Shown here piece by piece: positions 1-7,249 of a DNA stretch of 64,000 nucleotides. Made by a program: the position numbers and the translations under genes. Position 1 is the stretch's first letter, and every line of letters begins with the position of its first letter. The DNA comes from an uncultured Candidatus Saccharibacteria bacterium. GTDB taxonomy: Bacteria; Patescibacteriota; Minisyncoccia; Phycocordibacterales; UBA6065. Location: NCBI GenBank assembly GCA_964495425.1, contig CAZBVG010000003.1:64518-128517 (forward strand). Direction: 5' to 3'. Under the pieces are notes generated by a model, which was given only the letters and a program-made list of their open reading frames with translations, was not told where the DNA came from and did no database searches.

Positions 1-75
1 TTCACTAGACCAGATACCATCGTAAGGCTATAAAATGGCCAAAACAGCCAGTTTATGGTAATTTACGAGAACATT

Positions 76-1878
76 ATGGATATCTCGCGAATACGAAATT
101 TCTCAATCATAGCCCATATAGACCACGGCAAATCAACACTTGCCGATCGTTTGCTTGAGATCACGGGAACTATTGAAAAGCGTAAAATGCAGGAGCAGGT
201 GCTTGATTCTATGGAACTTGAACGCGAGCGTGGTATCACCATCAAGATGCAGCCGGTGCGCATGAAGTACGTTGTTGAGGGGAAAGAATATGTAATGAAC
301 CTCATCGACACTCCCGGGCATATCGACTTTTCATATGAAGTATCTCGAGCGCTCAAAGCAGTAGAGGGTTCAATTCTTCTTGTCGATGCAACACAAGGGG
401 TTCAGGCTCAGACGCTCACAACATTAAACATGGCACGTGAGTCAGGGCTTGTCATTATTCCCGTGGTTTCAAAAATTGATTCACCGCTTGCTCGAACTGA
501 TGAGGTTAAGTTGGAAATTGCACAGCTTTTAAATGTATCACTCGATACTATTCTTGGTGTTTCAGGAAAAACCGGTGAAGGTGTACCTGAGCTCCTGAAA
601 GAAATTGTAAAACGCGTGCCAGCACCAAAGTCAGAATCACCGGATAAAGATTTCCGATCGCTTGTGTTTGATTTTCAGTATTCAAATCATCGAGGTGTGA
701 CGGTGTACACTCGTGTCATGGATGGTTCAATAAAAAAAGGAGATACGGTTATTTTTCGTGTTGCGAATGAGACATTCATAGCAAACGAAGTGGGTATTTT
801 TTCTCCTGACGAAACTCCGCGAGATTCACTTTCTGCGGGTGAAATCGGTTACATTGTGACAGGTGTAAAAGAACCAGGCATTGCATCCGTGGGAGATACG
901 ATCACGATTGTGCGTTCTGCGCTCGCGCCGCTTCCTGGGTATATGAAACCGTTTCCAGTGGTGTGGGCGTCTATTTATCCTGAAAGCCAGGATGATCTTA
1001 CGCTTTTGCGACAAGCTCTCGGTCGTCTCTCATTATCTGATTCAGCGTTTACATACGAAGAAGAATCATCGGGTACTCTCGGACGAGGTTTCCGATGTGG
1101 TTTCTTGGGAATGCTTCACCTTGAAATTATCACTGAGCGATTGCGCAGGGAGTTTAATTTGAATCTTGTGGTTACAACTCCGTCTATTACATATGAGGTA
1201 ACTTTAAAAAACGGTAAAAAGACCATTATTTATTCACCGCCACTTTTTCCAGAAGAAGGTGATATCGCAAAGATAGAGGAGCCGTGGGTGGAGCTCAAAA
1301 TCATCACGCCTAATGAGTATATTGGCCCCTTAACGCAGATAATCTTTGAGCATGAGGGTACAGCTGATCACATGGATACTTGGGGCGCAGGCAGGACCTC
1401 GATTACGGTTAATATGCCGTTACGTGAACTTATGCGTAATTTCTTTGATGGAGTAAAGTCAGTTACATCCGGTTACGCGTCTATTTCATACACACCAACT
1501 GATATTAAGGTTGCAGATGTGCAGCGACTCGATATCTTGATTGGCGAAGAAGTTGTGCCAGCGTTCACGCGTATTGTTGCGCGCAATAAAGCATATGAAG
1601 AAGCAGAAGCGGCTGTCGAGAAGCTTGAGAAAATTCTTCCAAAACAATTATTCGTCACAAAAATACAGGGTAAGGCAGGTGGACGTATTTTAGCTTCACG
1701 CACACTCGCGGCTCTCAAGCGTACCGTAACCGCGCACCTTTCCGGAGGTGACATCAGTCGAAAGAAGAAGTTGTGGGAGCAGCAAAAAGAAGGAAAGAAA
1801 CGAATGCTTGAACGGGGACAAGGAAACATAAATATTCCCCAAGATGTCTTTGTAAAGATGATGAGAATGGGGGAATAA
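76..1878 (+). CDS. lepA: Elongation factor 4 (LepA), translational GTPase
   Basis: N-terminus MDISRIRNFSIIAHIDHGKSTLADRLL with the GTPase G1 motif, DTPGHIDF, and LepA-specific C-terminal domain; about 600 aa. Start placed at the conserved M, 7 codons inside the ORF-track start. Confidence 0.9.
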   Translation: MDISRIRNFSIIAHIDHGKSTLADRLLEITGTIEKRKMQEQVLDSMELERERGITIKMQPVRMKYVVEGKEYVMNLIDTPGHIDFSYEVSRALKAVEGSILLVDATQGVQAQTLTTLNMARESGLVIIPVVSKIDSPLARTDEVKLEIAQLLNVSLDTILGVSGKTGEGVPELLKEIVKRVPAPKSESPDKDFRSLVFDFQYSNHRGVTVYTRVMDGSIKKGDTVIFRVANETFIANEVGIFSPDETPRDSLSAGEIGYIVTGVKEPGIASVGDTITIVRSALAPLPGYMKPFPVVWASIYPESQDDLTLLRQALGRLSLSDSAFTYEEESSGTLGRGFRCGFLGMLHLEIITERLRREFNLNLVVTTPSITYEVTLKNGKKTIIYSPPLFPEEGDIAKIEEPWVELKIITPNEYIGPLTQIIFEHEGTADHMDTWGAGRTSITVNMPLRELMRNFFDGVKSVTSGYASISYTPTDIKVADVQRLDILIGEEVVPAFTRIVARNKAYEEAEAAVEKLEKILPKQLFVTKIQGKAGGRILASRTLAALKRTVTAHLSGGDISRKKKLWEQQKEGKKRMLERGQGNINIPQDVFVKMMRMGE

Positions 1879-1995
1879 AACCCTCGGGTGCGTTAGATTG
1901 ACCTGATGTACACCTTGTGGTAATTTCAAGCGGAAGAGCTTCGTCCTATGACGAAGTTTTTTGTTCTCTGTTATAACATCGGAATCAATCCTCGA

Positions 1996-2862
1996 ATGAA
2001 AAGTTCAGTCTTCACTGCCACGAAAATCATGGCATTGCTTAGTCTTTGCGTGAGCCTGCTTCATACGCAGCTCATGGCGGTCGATGTGAATGTGGCTCCC
2101 ACAATCACGGTTACTCCGGCATCGGCACCCAATGTGTTTGGCTCCCCGAGCTATCCTGGTTGGGTGAGCAACGCCAATTCAGCGCTTCTTACGGGAGCGA
2201 CGAGTAATGGTACGCCGGGTACTCCGACGTACTATCAACAGGCGCCCGTGAATATGAGTGTCTCTGACAACATCGTCACGGGGTACAACTCCTGGAAAGG
2301 TGATGCAAATCCCACGGTCACCTACGGAGCAGCGTTCGGTAGCGAGCTCGGCAATCGTCTTCTGTTTGGCGTCCTTATTAACGGGAACGGCACTCAGTTC
2401 TCGATTAGTCAGTTGTCGTTTAATGCCGTTTCCACTGATCCAACTTCATCGCTTTCGTTTGGCTTCGGTGCCGGTTCATACAATTATTCCAATGACTATT
2501 GGGGTATCCTTTATGGACCGAATGGCGTTTTGGGCGGCGGTGATGATATTTACATCACAGGTGGTCCAAATACCCAGTTGGTGGACGCGATTGTCGGTCG
2601 GGGTTCTGGAAATGCCTGGGCCTCGTATCTTACTGATCCTGGTGTCACAAACCAAGACAAACTCAATGGCGTTATTGCTTCAATTGGTACGGAACCGTTT
2701 TCATTTACGGGCACGTACTCACTTGGTGCAGTGACCGGTTCTGCGACTGTGTATTTCAATTCCCAGTCGACAAATTCTGTTCCGGATCAAGGCTCAACTA
2801 TCGCCTTGCTCGGTGCGGCATTGATCAGCGTGTTCTACGTTCGCCGATACATGTTGGTTTGA
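1996..2862 (+). CDS. Secreted G/S/T/N-rich protein with PEP-CTERM-like C-terminal sorting signal (VPDQGS-hydrophobic helix-RRY)
   Basis: Signal-peptide-like N-terminus (MKSSVFTATKIMALLSLCVSLLHTQLMA). Low-complexity beta-rich body. C-terminus ...NSVPDQGSTIALLGAALISVFYVRRYMLV follows the PEP-CTERM architecture. The gene is visibly more GC-rich than its neighbours. Confidence 0.5.
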   Translation: MKSSVFTATKIMALLSLCVSLLHTQLMAVDVNVAPTITVTPASAPNVFGSPSYPGWVSNANSALLTGATSNGTPGTPTYYQQAPVNMSVSDNIVTGYNSWKGDANPTVTYGAAFGSELGNRLLFGVLINGNGTQFSISQLSFNAVSTDPTSSLSFGFGAGSYNYSNDYWGILYGPNGVLGGGDDIYITGGPNTQLVDAIVGRGSGNAWASYLTDPGVTNQDKLNGVIASIGTEPFSFTGTYSLGAVTGSATVYFNSQSTNSVPDQGSTIALLGAALISVFYVRRYMLV

Positions 2863-2869
2863 AAGCAAA

Positions 2870-2900
2870 CCGCCGATATCTACTATCGGCGGTTTTTTTA
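2870..2900 (+). terminator. Rho-independent terminator (ccgccgata-tctac-tatcggcgg + T7)
   Basis: Perfect 9-bp stem followed by tttttta, immediately after the stop of the upstream CDS. Confidence 0.75.
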
Positions 2901-3091
2901 TATTGTCTTGAGAGTTTTAGCGATAGAGTGATGGTAGATATGCGAGGATCATTGATCCGGCGATAAGTATTGCTAGCGCGCCCCAAATGATATTGAGGGC
3001 CTTTCTGTGTTTTGGATTGAGAAGCATATGGAAAAATTGGTTATAATGTACGGTAATGGTAGCGTGTTTTGGGCCCATTTTCAATATTTGT

Positions 3092-3472
3092 ATGTTACTT
3101 GAATTTCAGGAACAGCGTCGTATACGAAAGCTTCTTCACTCACGATATGCACTCGCGATTTTGATAGTGCTTCTTTTGCTTCTTGCACGGGCAGTCTGGG
3201 GGATTTATGTAAAGTATGACAAGAGTTTGAGTATTACAGAAAAAGCTCGAACAGATCTTGCTTTGCTTCAGGATCGAGAAAGGCAACTCGCTGTATCTAT
3301 TGAGTCGCTTAAAACAGAAGAAGGTAAGGAACGTGAGCTTCGCGACCGATTTGGTGTTGTAAAAGAAGGGGAAACACTTGTTGTGCTTGTGGATAATAAT
3401 CCTGAGACCAATCGAGCTTTAAAAAAGGAAGAAAAAAGCTGGTGGCAGAAGTTTCTTGACTATATGAGATAA
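3092..3472 (+). CDS. Septum formation initiator-like (FtsB/DivIC family) membrane protein
   Basis: N-terminal TM (ALAILIVLLLLLARAVWGIYV) followed by a coiled-coil rich in L/E/R (LALLQDRERQLAVSIESLKTEEGKEREL) and then a short beta segment. Size about 125 aa. Confidence 0.4.
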   Translation: MLLEFQEQRRIRKLLHSRYALAILIVLLLLLARAVWGIYVKYDKSLSITEKARTDLALLQDRERQLAVSIESLKTEEGKERELRDRFGVVKEGETLVVLVDNNPETNRALKKEEKSWWQKFLDYMR

Positions 3473-3531
3473 GGGTCGTCTTTCGCCCTTTTGACTTTCA
3501 ATTTATATTTAAAATCTGTACAATTGTTGGT

Positions 3532-3768
3532 ATGAAAAAAGTAGAAATATATTCAACGCCGGTGTGTAAGTATTGTGTCGCGGCAAAAGATTTCTTCAAG
3601 AAACATAATATTGAGTACTCTGAGTACAATGTTGCGGCAGATCAAGCGAAGAGGGAGGAAATGGTAGAAAAATCTGGTCAGCTTGGTGTACCAGTGATTG
3701 ATGTGGGTGGTGATATCGTCGTTGGTTACGATGAAAAAGTCTTGAAGGAACTTCTCGAAGTTAAATAG
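3532..3768 (+). CDS. Glutaredoxin-like protein (NrdH/YruB-type, CxxC thiol-disulfide oxidoreductase)
   Basis: 78 aa. CKYC active site at the start of helix 1 (VEIYSTPVCKYCVAAKDFF). GVPVIDVGGDIVVGYD matches the glutaredoxin fold. Confidence 0.75.
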   Translation: MKKVEIYSTPVCKYCVAAKDFFKKHNIEYSEYNVAADQAKREEMVEKSGQLGVPVIDVGGDIVVGYDEKVLKELLEVK

Positions 3769-3775
3769 GATACTG

Positions 3776-3802
3776 AAAAAGCCACCGATCGGTGGCTTTT
3801 TC
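3776..3802. terminator. Hairpin terminator (gccaccgatcggtggc + T-run)
   Basis: Palindromic 16-mer flanked by A5 and T5; lies between the grx-like gene and the tRNA-Phe 3' end. Confidence 0.6.
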
Positions 3803-3809
3803 TTGTCTG

Positions 3810-3882
3810 TGCTTGGGGCCGGGCTCGAACCGGCGACCCCCTCCTCTTCAGGGAGATGCTCTACCAACTGAGCTACCCAAGC
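3810..3882 (-). tRNA. tRNA-Phe (anticodon GAA)
   Basis: Reverse complement folds as GCTTGGG-TA-GCTC-AGTTGGTA-GAGC-A-TCTCC-CTGAAGA-GGAGG-GGGTC-GCCGG-TTCGAGC-CCGGC-CCCAAGC-A. Cloverleaf has a 7-bp acceptor stem; CCA is not encoded. Confidence 0.85.
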
Positions 3883-3887
3883 ATGAT

Positions 3888-4142
3888 TTATAAGTCTTTG
3901 AGGAGCTCTTCAAACGAATTTGTTGAAGGTCCTGGAGTGTCTCCTGCAGCACTCTTTAAAGCGTCAAAATAGGGCTGTATAAAGTAGAATGCTCCAAATG
4001 AGACTCCTAGTATGACTATCCAGTAGATTATCTTGAGAGCAGCGCTGGTACGGTTCATACGCTGGATGCTTTTAAGCACTTTTGAGTTCTCTTCGGTGAG
4101 AGCCTTAACTTCCTCAAGTAATCGACGATCTTCTGGAGTCAT
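3888..4142 (-). CDS. Small single-pass membrane protein (hypothetical)
   Basis: The ORF-track 166-aa ORF was trimmed to the M of MTPEDRRLLEEVKALTEENSKVLKSIQRM...IIYWIVILGVSFGAFYFI. The upstream extension runs into GC-rich foreign DNA and is probably not translated. Confidence 0.4.
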   Translation of the reverse strand: MTPEDRRLLEEVKALTEENSKVLKSIQRMNRTSAALKIIYWIVILGVSFGAFYFIQPYFDALKSAAGDTPGPSTNSFEELLKDL

Positions 4143-4355
4143 GGGTGTAAGTATACCCAAAAAAGGCTCAAAAACAAGATTCTGTGTCTCTATACGACGC
4201 GGCTCGAACCTATTTTCAAGGACAGTCGATGCCGTGACCCCTCGGGGAATCGAACTGGAGTGGGTATCCCCAGAGGTATCCCCGCCTGGGGATACCCTGT
4301 CGTCCTGATCGGTGGTTGCAGGCCTTCGCGGCGTCGAGTTTTCCACAGCGGCAGC

Positions 4356-4426
4356 TCCCCCCGACTGGTTGCTCGTATCAGCGACCACGGGTTTACGGCT
4401 TCACCACGCGCTTTCTTCCGGTCGAG
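4356..4426. repeat. Left 71-bp terminal inverted repeat (IR-L)
   Basis: tccccccgactggttgctcgtatcagcgaccacgggtttacggcttcaccacgcgctttcttccggtcgag equals the reverse complement of 5870-5940 at 71/71 positions. Confidence 0.85.
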
Positions 4427-4437
4427 GTGACGGGTCT

Positions 4438-4466
4438 TTGCGCGCCATGCGCGACACTGGTATGAT
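4438..4466 (+). promoter_or_regulatory. Sigma70-like promoter TTGCGC-17-TATGAT directly upstream of the recombinase ATG (likely leaderless transcript)
   Basis: -35 ttgcgc at 4438-4443; 17-nt spacer; -10 tatgat at 4461-4466. The ATG at 4475 is only 9 nt after the -10 element, and there is no room for an SD sequence. Confidence 0.35.
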
Positions 4467-4474
4467 GCGCACGC

Positions 4475-5986
4475 ATGGCAGCAGACACGAAATATTTCAT
4501 ATACCTCCGAAAATCGACAGACCGTGACGACATGCAGACTCTCTCGATAGAGTCGCAGCGTGACGAGCTAACCGAGTTCGTAAAGCGACTAGATCTAAAC
4601 GTCGTCGGTGAATTCGAGGATCGCAGGTCAGCGAAGCGCCCTGGCCGGCCCGAATTTAGCGAAATGCTTCGGAGGATCGAGCGGGGCGAAGCCAACGGCA
4701 TCGTCGCCTGGGCGCCCGACCGTCTCTCACGCAACGCGCGCGACGGCGGAACCATCATCGACATGCTCGACACCGAGACGCTCACCGATCTCAAGTTTCC
4801 GACGTTCTGGTTCGAGAACACCGCGCAGGGCCGCCAGATGCTCGCGAACGCGTTCATCCAATCGAAATACTACGTCGACGACCTGAGCCAGAACACCAAG
4901 CGCGGACTCAGGAAGAAGGTGCGCCTAGGCATTTGCCCGACCTTTGCGCCCGTCGGGTATCTCAACGATCTGAAAACGAAGCAGTGGGTGGTGGACGAGA
5001 CTCGCCGTGGCGCGATTGTTTCGCTCTTCGAACTTCACGCAACCGGTGAGAGCACCCTTGAACAGGACCGCGCTTATCTCGACTCAATAGGGTTCAAGAT
5101 GCGGCCGACCAAGAAGAACCCCGACGGTCGGCCGATAAGCCGCACAGAGGTGGCCATGATCCTGCACGAACCGGCATACTACGGCCATTTCATGTATTGC
5201 GGCGAGCTGCACGAGGGAAAGCACCAGCCGATCATCTCGAAGACGCTCTATGATCGCGTGCAGGAGGTATTCGCGCAGCACTGGCCATCCCTCCCCAAGC
5301 AGCGCCGCGACAAGCCGTATCTCGGCCTTTTGAAGTGCGCTGAATGCGGCGGCGCAATCACCGCAGAGGTCCAGAAAGGCCACGTGTATTATCGTTGCAC
5401 GAAAAAGAGCAAAAACGTTCGGTGCTCTCAGCCGTTCCTGCGAGGCGAAGACCTCGACGCGGAAGTAGCCTCGGTGATTGCACCGTATGGCCTAACCGCT
5501 GAAGCCGGCGCGGACATGCTGGCGAGGCTCGACCAGGAAGAGGGGGCGTCGAAGGCGACGCGCAAAGCCACAATCGAGCGCCTGCAAAACGCGGCCGCGC
5601 AGGTTACCCGAAGCATCAATATGCTCCTAGACATGGTCCTCTCCGGCGAGATCAGTCGCGACATCTTCACGGGTAAGAAGGCGACACTTCTGAGCGAGAA
5701 GAGGCTCTTGGAGGAACAGATTGCCGCGGTCTCCAAAGGCCGCATACCATGGCTCGAACCGATGCGTAACTGGGTTTTCACCGCTCTACAGGTAGGCGAA
5801 ACTGCCACTGTTGGCACGCCGAACCAGCGTCGCGCTCTCGCCTCAGAAATCTTCGGCTCGAACCTTGTTCTCGACCGGAAGAAAGCGCGTGGTGAAGCCG
5901 TAAACCCGTGGTCGCTGATACGAGCAACCAGTCGGGGGGATACACTGGTGCCCTCAGCAGGAATCGAACCTACATCTTCTCCTTAG
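4475..5986 (+). CDS. Large serine recombinase (resolvase-domain N-terminus + recombinase domain + zinc ribbon)
   Basis: YLRKSTDRDDMQTLSIESQ carries the catalytic-Ser motif of the resolvase/invertase fold. DRLSRN is present. Central recombinase domain. Zinc ribbon C-x2-C...YYRC-x11-C (KCAECGG...YYRCTKKSKNVRCS). A coiled-coil tail follows. 503 aa. Confidence 0.85.
   Translation: MAADTKYFIYLRKSTDRDDMQTLSIESQRDELTEFVKRLDLNVVGEFEDRRSAKRPGRPEFSEMLRRIERGEANGIVAWAPDRLSRNARDGGTIIDMLDTETLTDLKFPTFWFENTAQGRQMLANAFIQSKYYVDDLSQNTKRGLRKKVRLGICPTFAPVGYLNDLKTKQWVVDETRRGAIVSLFELHATGESTLEQDRAYLDSIGFKMRPTKKNPDGRPISRTEVAMILHEPAYYGHFMYCGELHEGKHQPIISKTLYDRVQEVFAQHWPSLPKQRRDKPYLGLLKCAECGGAITAEVQKGHVYYRCTKKSKNVRCSQPFLRGEDLDAEVASVIAPYGLTAEAGADMLARLDQEEGASKATRKATIERLQNAAAQVTRSINMLLDMVLSGEISRDIFTGKKATLLSEKRLLEEQIAAVSKGRIPWLEPMRNWVFTALQVGETATVGTPNQRRALASEIFGSNLVLDRKKARGEAVNPWSLIRATSRGDTLVPSAGIEPTSSP
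5870..5940. repeat. Right 71-bp terminal inverted repeat (IR-R), overlapping the recombinase 3' end
   Basis: Exact reverse complement of 4356-4426; ends 5 nt before the CCA end of tRNA-Arg. Confidence 0.85.
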
Positions 5987-6020
5987 GACGGAGCTGCTCT
6001 ATCCATTGAGCTATGAAGGC
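5946..6020 (-). tRNA. tRNA-Arg (anticodon CCT), CCA encoded
   Basis: Reverse complement GCCTTCA-TA-GCTC-AATGGATA-GAGC-A-GCTCC-GTCCTAA-GGAGA-AGAT-GTAGG-TTCGATT-CCTGC-TGAGGGC-A-CCA. Anticodon-stem pair 27-43 is a G.A mismatch. Confidence 0.8.
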
Positions 6021-6050
6021 AGTGTGATCAATCTACCATTCGGACACCTT

Positions 6051-6087
6051 AAATCAAAATCCCGCTTTTGGGCGGGATTTTGATTTT
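6051..6087. terminator. Bidirectional terminator-like hairpin (aaatcaaaatcccgc-ttttg-ggcgggattttgattt)
   Basis: 15-bp U-rich stem directly downstream of the Hsp20 stop on the minus strand. Confidence 0.55.
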
Positions 6088-6091
6088 GTGT

Positions 6092-6541
6092 TTAAGCAGA
6101 TTTAACTCGGAGTTTGTTTTGTTTGGATTTGTCTACCTTTGGAAGTCGAATGATGAGAAGACCGTGGCGTTCAACCGCTTCAGCTTCTTCGACATCAATT
6201 TCTTCGGGAAGCATAACTGTTCGAGAGAATGAGCCCCAATAGAGTTCTTTGTGGAAGTAATCATGATTGTGAACATCATTTGATTCCTCGCGTTTTCCTT
6301 TAATGGTCACCATGTCTCGAGTGATATTTACGTCGAGATCATCAGGCCGAACTCCGGCGACCATGGTTTTGATCACAATTTCATCAGGTGTTTGGTAGAC
6401 ATCTACAGAAAGTTCACCTTCTTCCTCTGATTCCTCAAGGATGTGATTTCTTGACGGTCGTTCAGTCTCTTCTACCGCCTCCTCATCAAGCTTTACGGTG
6501 CCCGTGAGGCGTTCAAAGAATGATTTTTTTGATGGCTGCAT
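6092..6541 (-). CDS. Hsp20/alpha-crystallin family small heat-shock protein
   Basis: Alpha-crystallin domain: LSVDVYQTPDEIVIKTMVAGVRPDDLDVNITRDMVTIKGKRE...GSFSRTVMLPEEIDVEEAEAVERHGLLIIRLPK. Confidence 0.85.
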   Translation of the reverse strand: MQPSKKSFFERLTGTVKLDEEAVEETERPSRNHILEESEEEGELSVDVYQTPDEIVIKTMVAGVRPDDLDVNITRDMVTIKGKREESNDVHNHDYFHKELYWGSFSRTVMLPEEIDVEEAEAVERHGLLIIRLPKVDKSKQNKLRVKSA

Positions 6542-6547
6542 ATGTTT

Positions 6548-7249
6548 TTATTGTGCTTGTACCTTTTTTATTCTTTCAAACAGGAGGAGTATTCCGATAA
6601 CTGCCATCCAGACGCCAGCAAAAACGAGAAACGTCTTCTCTCCGTTCTGATATATTATAAACATGTTAAACATCGTATGCAATGCAACTGCGATGACTAA
6701 ACCAATCACTCTCCAGCTTATTCTTGCCACTATTCCTCTATAGAACTCGCGGCCAATACAATAACCGAGAACACCTGAGGCGACTACATGCAAGAGGCTT
6801 GCTCCAATAAAGCGCATGTTGCCGGTAATGATGCTTTGGAAGGCATGACCACCCAACAGAGGATTAAGGATAAAGAGGGTATTTTCAAGTGCGGCAAAGC
6901 CAAGGGCACAGGTGATGAGGTATTCAAGTGCATCAATAGGTTCATCGAATGCTTTTGAATGAAGCGCGGTAATAGATACCATGAGGTATTTTGCCGCCTC
7001 CTCTATAAGCGCCCATATAAGAAGAGTGGCGTTTGATACACCAAAGTGTTCATAGATGAATCGCTCAAGAGGGTAAACGATGGGAACAGCAATCATACCG
7101 CCCCAAAATGCAAAAAGAATTCTTCCGCGAGGTTCAGGGTGTAGCTTGTCCTCTTGTAACCAAAACCAGAGCCAAAACAGAGCAGGGAGAATGCCACCAA
7201 CAGCAGCAAAGATAAGAAGGTACAGATTTGATGTACTTAAATCGGCCAT
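6548..7249 (-). CDS. PrsW-family intramembrane protease-like protein
   Basis: Polytopic membrane protein with EEAAK and FAALEN motifs and a conserved His (ASLLHVV), typical of PrsW/CPBP-like proteases. Confidence 0.5.
   Translation of the reverse strand: MADLSTSNLYLLIFAAVGGILPALFWLWFWLQEDKLHPEPRGRILFAFWGGMIAVPIVYPLERFIYEHFGVSNATLLIWALIEEAAKYLMVSITALHSKAFDEPIDALEYLITCALGFAALENTLFILNPLLGGHAFQSIITGNMRFIGASLLHVVASGVLGYCIGREFYRGIVARISWRVIGLVIAVALHTMFNMFIIYQNGEKTFLVFAGVWMAVIGILLLFERIKKVQAQ

Larger units (their letters stand above)
4190..5945. mobile_element. GC-rich inserted element carrying one large serine recombinase, bounded by a perfect 71-bp inverted repeat, lying 5 bp from the 3' end of tRNA-Arg
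   Basis: There is an abrupt rise in GC, with long G/C runs absent from flanking DNA. IR-L 4356-4426 is the exact reverse complement of IR-R 5870-5940. The recombinase gene lies between them and its last codons are encoded by IR-R and then the tRNA. Degenerate tRNA T-arm-like fragments (ggctcgaacc at 4201-4210, ggaatcgaac at 4247-4256) lie left of IR-L. Confidence 0.6.

Noticed and set aside
4393-4857. 154-aa minus-strand ORF and other short ORFs inside the serine recombinase gene
   Set aside because: Long antisense ORFs are expected by chance in very GC-rich DNA. It has no start context or motif and is fully embedded in a well-supported CDS.
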